Translations under genes and position numbers: made by a program | In this document: piece after piece, positions 59,101 to 64,000 of the stretch | How positions within the stretch are numbered: the first letter of the stretch is position 1 | Layout: the number at the start of each line of letters is the position of its first letter | Assembly: GCA_965195285.1 (NCBI GenBank) | Contig: CBDAFS010000041.1 | Location: forward strand, 24,585 to 88,584 | Length of the DNA stretch: 64,000 nucleotides | Reading direction: 5' to 3' | From: an uncultured Aminicenantes bacterium | Lineage (GTDB): Bacteria; Acidobacteriota; Aminicenantia; UBA2199 | Notes under the pieces: model-generated | Databases searched by the model: none | The model's input: only the letters and a program-made list of their open reading frames with translations | What the model was told of the DNA's origin: nothing

Positions 59101-59979
59101 CAGGATTGGATACAGTTTACCCCGGCTTTTGCTGTAGATGTACCTCAAATTTTCAGCGATAACAAAGTTCATTCTGGCCTTTAGTAATCTTCTTAAGGCT
59201 TCAAACCGGGTTAGATAATCTAAATCAAAATACTTTATTAATAGATTTTTATCACCAATCTCCAGAAGTTTCAAGAATTGTTCCAGATGGATTCTGGTCT
59301 CTTCATCTAATTGCTCATCATATAGATATGAAAGAGAATATTTATCTTTTTCACTTTTATTAAACCTGAATATGATGGAATCATCCAGATGGTGCTGATC
59401 AAGAAAGACTTTATCAAAAGCCTGTTTTAAGGTGTAAAGGCCATAACAAGAATAATCAAAAAGAATCTGGACAACTTGGGTCTTTGGAATATATAAATGT
59501 AGCCTTTTACCGAGATCATACACCAGCTCCTGTTCAAACAGATCAATTTCCTGCAATTGAAACAAATCGTACTGACGGACCTGATTAAAACAATTGTTAG
59601 CCGGGAATCGAATTGAGAGGGGTTGTTTTGTCTGAATCGGTTGAAACTTTTTAAAGTAGTTCTCAAAATGGGAAATTTCGACTCTGTATTTTTTATTATT
59701 AATATTAAGATTCACCTCTTGCCAGATTTTGATATCATAAGATGAACCCTTCTCATTGCTATTCAGAAACTGCATGTCATTTATGGATAATTGAAAATTA
59801 AAAATGTTAACATTATCTGCCAATTTTATCTGTAATTTATTAAATGAGTGGTGGAAAAAATCACTGTGGCATAAAAGGGTAATGATATTCCTTTTCAGCA
59901 AAATCAGGATAATCAATAACAGTCCAATAATGCCTGAAACCAAAAGAATTTTATTCGTTGATTTTTTCAATTCATGCAC
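56191..59979 (-). CDS. large CotH kinase family protein with right-handed beta-helix
   Basis: C-terminal VEVILNQKYNGIYLLTE...DD.D...N.Y...FIPWDKDG; central N..F..N repeats; degenerate N-terminal CotH-like part. Confidence 0.82.
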   Translation of the reverse strand: MHELKKSTNKILLVSGIIGLLLIILILLKRNIITLLCHSDFFHHSFNKLQIKLADNVNIFNFQLSINDMQFLNSNEKGSSYDIKIWQEVNLNINNKKYRVEISHFENYFKKFQPIQTKQPLSIRFPANNCFNQVRQYDLFQLQEIDLFEQELVYDLGKRLHLYIPKTQVVQILFDYSCYGLYTLKQAFDKVFLDQHHLDDSIIFRFNKSEKDKYSLSYLYDEQLDEETRIHLEQFLKLLEIGDKNLLIKYFDLDYLTRFEALRRLLKARMNFVIAENLRYIYSKSRGKLYPILDEANILNMRCKSKNQELKKLTHLIKNDPVFQQRTDTIITRLSNQSKEIIQFHNKSEKKFRGLMRHIIYRLKINLVSEFFSKNIYKKILTDSFPKYRITKKSLPYNHPLKSVKYYLDQQLLTTDFIVKNDPDFNLELEKNEIVLSPGIHILKRSLIIPYGTVLKISAGARIKVLPQVSLICYSPVLINGSREEPVVIEAFENNDPFGVFAFIGHNHSQSEIYFLDYSGSSTASISGSSFTGGIYFQDMDVKIFNSKIHHIHSSSGIKANGCSIFLKNNQFQPIFSDHLYLENCQGTIEENIFFYNGEESGIDGLKIVHSDLLVKNNQFEKFQDKGIIISQNSHCIFFKNDFRFNVTGLAVKDSSSALIFSNSFFNNRIGISSYQKNPAFEGGRLYILDNTFENNNTNLTHDRHSFVFLPPKSLSLKIKISKSIEDQKHFRLSSVFNHLKHQFPFQNNQIQSLQIGDHPANINEREKTIFVRLPFNSPPNQKISFECKLKNTHIYITPLLQGIQENKEKTEEIIKNHSTYDFGAFIFLGKISLKNKYLSKEYDLYITNSNLALITINTRNKSGQINEIKNEPKIPCTIGYLPSNPKNNSPVAFQKFFGRIEGRGQKWPKWKYGFILDRTVRLEDMARAKKWVLESSFVEKSLMRSKITFDLLRQFQSGSDQTRISPRSTFVEVILNQKYNGIYLLTEHINKNFIDLEDFDKNEKYNAFLYRAKNRNANFTSNNFEPVKDNIYSYFPGEKQPVSKADDPIRGWHSGFAQRHPDPDQYGEHWEAIEDLSKFLALAPDELFQSEVFNVLDMNSYINLWILIQLTDDTDGIFQNRYMARSKGNKTKWIFIPWDKDGVLGRNYKMEKRPYNEWLTSPLFERCMKLDIFKNSFIKRWEELTNTGIISTDNIFKMIKTNKERLKDCWQRNFQKWPAHDTVYPDSLDFDQEIDFLKTWIGKRIKWLDQYLNELAKEKVE

Positions 59980-60176
59980 CCTTAAATTTTTTATTAAATC
60001 CCGCTCCTCTATTAAATAATACGAATAAAGAACAGTTCCGGGTGAAATATTTTAGCAAAATATAGATAACATATAAAATTTAATTTGTCTAAAACATTTT
60101 TTATGATAAAAAAATAAACTGGAATTTTATCATTTTTTTTATTTACTAATTCACATTTTTTTTTTACAATATAGCC

Positions 60177-61241
60177 ATGGGAAAAAAAAGATTTTGGGGC
60201 AAGATTATTTTGATTTTAATATTTTATTGTTTGAATTCTTATATTTTCCCCGGTCAACTTACAGCAAAAAAATTATTGTTTGAGAATGATAAGATCTTAG
60301 AGGTTCAGATTGTGGGTAATATTGGGAAAATATCCAATGACAGAGGAAAGAATAAGGCCTATCACCCGGCCAAAATTATTTATCTAAAAAATAACGGCGA
60401 TCAAATAACCGTAGATGTTTTGCTGAAAACCCGGGGCATTTTCAGGTTAAATCCGAGAATCTGCAATTTCCCCCCTCTGAGGCTGAAGTTTAAAAAACAA
60501 GATGTTAAAAATACTATTTTTAAAGGGATAAAAAAATTAAAGATGGTTACCCATTGCCAGAATAAGAAAAAATTGTACCAACAATATCTGTTTCGTGAGT
60601 ATCTGGCATATAGATTGTTTAATCTGTTTACGGAAATGAGCTTCCGGGTCAGACTTGTCCATGTTACCTATATAAACAGTGGCCGAAAAAACAAAAAACT
60701 AAAAAAATATGGGTTTTTTATTGAACCGGTGGAGATGATGGCTGCTCGAAACCAGTGCAAATATTTGAAGATTGATGATAGTACTTTATACACCCTGGAT
60801 TCCAAACAGAGTTCATTTTTATCGGTTTTTCAATTTATGATTGGAAATACAGACTGGTCATACATAGCAGATCACAATGTAAAACGGATTATACCAGAAT
60901 CAGGGGGAGCAAGCCTGGGCGTACCCTATGATTTTGATTTTTCCGGGATTGTGGATACACTGTATGCAGTCCCCACTGAACGGGCAAAAAGTACTTCAAC
61001 CAAGGACCGATTTTTCCAGGGTTTTTGCCAGCCCCAAGCCGTATTTGACCAAATATTTGTTCGTTTTGAAAATCATAAGAAAGAGATATATTCACTGTAT
61101 GAAAACTTTCCTTTAATTGATAAGAAATATAAAAAAGCAACCCTTAAGTTTTTAGATAAATTTTATAAAATCATCAATACCCCTCGCTTGGTAACGCATT
61201 ACATCTATAAAAATTGTGTTGAAAAGACCATTAAAAAATGA
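60177..61241 (+). CDS. exported protein with CotH-like/atypical kinase motifs
   Basis: TRG..R...C.FPPL; EYLAY; IGNTDW...HN...PYDFDFSG. Confidence 0.6.
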   Translation: MGKKRFWGKIILILIFYCLNSYIFPGQLTAKKLLFENDKILEVQIVGNIGKISNDRGKNKAYHPAKIIYLKNNGDQITVDVLLKTRGIFRLNPRICNFPPLRLKFKKQDVKNTIFKGIKKLKMVTHCQNKKKLYQQYLFREYLAYRLFNLFTEMSFRVRLVHVTYINSGRKNKKLKKYGFFIEPVEMMAARNQCKYLKIDDSTLYTLDSKQSSFLSVFQFMIGNTDWSYIADHNVKRIIPESGGASLGVPYDFDFSGIVDTLYAVPTERAKSTSTKDRFFQGFCQPQAVFDQIFVRFENHKKEIYSLYENFPLIDKKYKKATLKFLDKFYKIINTPRLVTHYIYKNCVEKTIKK

Positions 61242-62296
61242 TAATTGAACAATTTTTGCCTGCATTTCATTATGGAGATGCCATTGGAAATTCCACACTT
61301 CGGTTTCATGAATATTTATTGAGCCAGGGAATCAACAGCCGAATTATTGCCCTTTCCATCGATGAAAACATGAGGGATAAGGCTGTTTTCTATAGAGACT
61401 ACCGGGAAGATCCGGATTCTCTCAAAATCCTTCATTTTGCCATTCCCTCGGAATTGTCCGATTTTTTTAATCGGGTGAGCGGAAAGAAAGTCATGATCTA
61501 CCATAACATCACTCCGCCTCATTTTTTTATTGATTTTTCGGATGAACTGGTGAGATTCACCCAGGAGGGCCGCAATCAACTGAAAAGGTTAAACAACAGT
61601 TTTGATCTGGTCATAGCGGATTCCCAATACAATGCGGATGAACTGCGGGAATACGATTTTAAGAATATTCAGGTATTTCCCATCATGATCAATCTGGATG
61701 ATTTTTCCCAACCCTATACCCGGGCTTTTTTAAATCTTTTCAAGGACGAACGCAAAAATATCATTTTTGTGGGTCGGATTTCTCCCAATAAAAAAATCGA
61801 GCACCTGATCAAGATCCTGTTTTTTTATAAAAAGTATATTTCTCCATCCATTCGCCTGATTGTTTCCGGAAAAACCGATTCGCTCCCAAAATATTTTTAC
61901 TCGCTAAAGGATCTGGCGGCCCGGTTTCTCCTGACTTCCGAGGATATTGTATTTACCGGCCATGTTCCTTTCGGGGAGCTGCTGGCTATCTACAAGCTCG
62001 GGGATGTGTTTGTTTCCATGAGCGAACATGAAGGGTTTTGTTTGCCTTTGATCGAGAGCTGTTTTTTTCAGGTTCCGGTCATTGCTTACGGAGCCGGAGC
62101 GGTTTCGGAAACCCTGGGAGGAGCCGGAATTGTATTCAATGAAAAAAATTACCCATACCTGGCCGCCACGATTGAAAGGGTGCTGGTCGATGAGCAGCTT
62201 AATATACGCTTAAAAGATTTGCAAAAAAACAGAATTCAACAATATCGTAAACAGTCGAATCCGGCGTACCTGCTGACTGAATTGAAAAAGTTATGA
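61238..62296 (+). CDS. glycosyltransferase family 4
   Basis: YHNITPP, FVGRISPNK and SEHEGFCLPLIES motifs. Confidence 0.9.
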   Translation: MIIEQFLPAFHYGDAIGNSTLRFHEYLLSQGINSRIIALSIDENMRDKAVFYRDYREDPDSLKILHFAIPSELSDFFNRVSGKKVMIYHNITPPHFFIDFSDELVRFTQEGRNQLKRLNNSFDLVIADSQYNADELREYDFKNIQVFPIMINLDDFSQPYTRAFLNLFKDERKNIIFVGRISPNKKIEHLIKILFFYKKYISPSIRLIVSGKTDSLPKYFYSLKDLAARFLLTSEDIVFTGHVPFGELLAIYKLGDVFVSMSEHEGFCLPLIESCFFQVPVIAYGAGAVSETLGGAGIVFNEKNYPYLAATIERVLVDEQLNIRLKDLQKNRIQQYRKQSNPAYLLTELKKL

Positions 62297-63459
62297 AAAA
62301 GATTGGGGTTGTGGTTCAGCGTTATGGCAGTGAGGTGGTGGGTGGAGCCGAAACCCTGGCTCGCAATGTCGCCGAACGGCTCAACTCCAGTGGTTTTGAT
62401 GTGACTGTCTTTACCACCACGGCCTGTGATTACATTACCTGGGGAAATCATTATCCTTCCGGCGATTCTGTGCTGAAAGGGGTAATCATAAAGAGATTCC
62501 AGGTGAAGCGGGAACGAAATATTGAAAAATTCAATGCTTACTCGGAAACATTTTTTCATTCCGATCCGGATGACCGCGATGAAGGGAAATGGATCAATGA
62601 GCAGGGCCCACAGTGTCCGGATCTGATTGAGGCACTGGAGCGGGATCAGGAATCTTTCGATGTTTTTATTTTTTTTACTTATCTTTACTATACAACCATC
62701 AGAGGACTTGGAGTTATTAAAAAACCGGTGGTATTGTTCCCCACTGCCCATGATGAACCACCCATTTACCTGAAATTGATGAAAACGGTATTTCAACGGC
62801 CAGAAGCCCTCTTCTTTCTGACCCGGGCCGAGATGGATTTTGTATCCCTGCAATTCAAACCGAAAAACCGGATGGATCTGGTCAGGACCGGGGTTGATAT
62901 CGATTCGCGGAACCGTCTGGATCTGTTCAGGGAGACTTTCATGCTCTATACGCCCTTTTTGCTGTATGCGGGAAGGATAGAGAAGGGCAAGGGACTCGAA
63001 TTGGTTTTTCAGGCTATTGAGGAACTCAAGAAGACCTGCCTGCTTGATCTGGTATTGATAGGCAAGCAATTAATGGATATCCCTCCCATCCGGGGGGTGA
63101 GATATCTGGGCTATATTTCCGAGAATGAGAAGATGCTGGCCTTCAAACATGCCCTCCTCTCGGTGCAGCCATCTTCTCTGGAGAGTTTGTCCATTACTAC
63201 CCTGGAATCCTTCTCTCAGAAAACACCGGTGCTGGTAAACCGCCGATCTGCTGTTCTGGAGGAGCATGTGAAGCTATCCGGCGGGGGCCTGACCTATGAA
63301 TCGGTAAATGAATTCGTTGATCAGCTCAAAATCGTATACCATCGACCCGGATTGAGAAAAAGACTGGGCGAAAAGGGCTATGATTATTTGATTAAATACT
63401 ATTCCTGGGATGTGGTGATGGAAAAAATAAAAAAAGGCATTTTATCACTCCTCTCCTGA
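62293..63459 (+). CDS. glycosyltransferase family 4
   Basis: QRYG..VVGGAE, PTAHDE, YAGRIEKGKG and ESLSITTLES motifs. Confidence 0.9.
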   Translation: MKKIGVVVQRYGSEVVGGAETLARNVAERLNSSGFDVTVFTTTACDYITWGNHYPSGDSVLKGVIIKRFQVKRERNIEKFNAYSETFFHSDPDDRDEGKWINEQGPQCPDLIEALERDQESFDVFIFFTYLYYTTIRGLGVIKKPVVLFPTAHDEPPIYLKLMKTVFQRPEALFFLTRAEMDFVSLQFKPKNRMDLVRTGVDIDSRNRLDLFRETFMLYTPFLLYAGRIEKGKGLELVFQAIEELKKTCLLDLVLIGKQLMDIPPIRGVRYLGYISENEKMLAFKHALLSVQPSSLESLSITTLESFSQKTPVLVNRRSAVLEEHVKLSGGGLTYESVNEFVDQLKIVYHRPGLRKRLGEKGYDYLIKYYSWDVVMEKIKKGILSLLS

Positions 63460-63504
63460 TCGGTTGATTTAACCGGTAAAATATGGTATAAACTGTTTTC
63501 GAAT

Positions 63505-63577
<73 letters not shown>

Positions 63578-63631
63578 TATTCTCTTCCTACCTTCTTCCC
63601 CGGGGAATTTGGGGAAATCAATCAGCAGGCC

Positions 63632-63651
63632 TTGTGTCAGATTTGTGTCAA
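63632..63651 (-). repeat. GACACAA doublet downstream of tRNA-Ala
   Basis: reverse TTGACACAAATCTGACACAA; one mismatch to 14222-14241. Confidence 0.7.
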
Positions 63652-64000
63652 CCTCTAAGGATTTCCGTGTCCAATTAAAGCTTACCCTCACAATTAAGGA
63701 AATGTGGAGAGATAATTTTTTCCGGGAGCGAGTATTTGACTTTTTGCATGGCCAAGGCTACTTAGGCTTTGGTTTAGGATTTGGAAAGAAAATAAAACTC
63801 AGGCTCTTTTAGAACTAAGCTCCTTATTATGGGGTTTACTTATCTCCTATAAATTGCCCCCCTCGGGGCCCTGTTTTATGGCTCAAATATGATTTATTTC
63901 TGAAAAGTCTAAAACCTGGTGGGCATGTACACCTGGTGACCTCATACATCAGGGGCGAATTGATTCAGGAGTAAGAGATTTTTTAAAATTAGAGTCTAAC

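Noticed and set aside
63660-64000. Integrase pseudogene
   Set aside because: Only a faint ISPHFL resemblance amid stop codons; not supportable.

Overview
Bacterial chromosomal window from a diderm, probably anaerobic organism. The gene style suggests Candidatus Aminicenantes, which is a weak inference. The right part (about 26-64 kb) is mostly housekeeping: acyl-CoA synthetase, CDF/OPT/MFS transporters, coaX-tlyA-nadK, pyrRBC, nrfHA, tilS, tRNA-Met, an AT-rich CotH/VTC/DUF4956 operon, two GT4 genes and tRNA-Ala. The most unusual structure is at about 13.2-26.1 kb. There, six co-oriented copies of tRNA-Arg(CCT) sequence (one intact, one near-full-length with a broken T-arm, four 3' fragments) separate blocks of cargo genes. 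Four of these copies share the same ~14-bp substitution. Single cargo genes are bracketed by outward-facing GGGG(A/T)C-N5-TTG motifs, and integrase-arm-like G(A/G)CACAA doublets are present. A gene is cut off exactly at the array boundary, and no recombinase is encoded in the window. Other points: a 4.9-kb island flanked by an 83-bp duplication of a repressor gene's 3' end, two secreted caspase-like proteases, REP-like palindromes, an outer-membrane gene with an in-frame TAA, and a calcium-independent-type NrfA. All product calls come from motif recognition by eye; no database searches were run.
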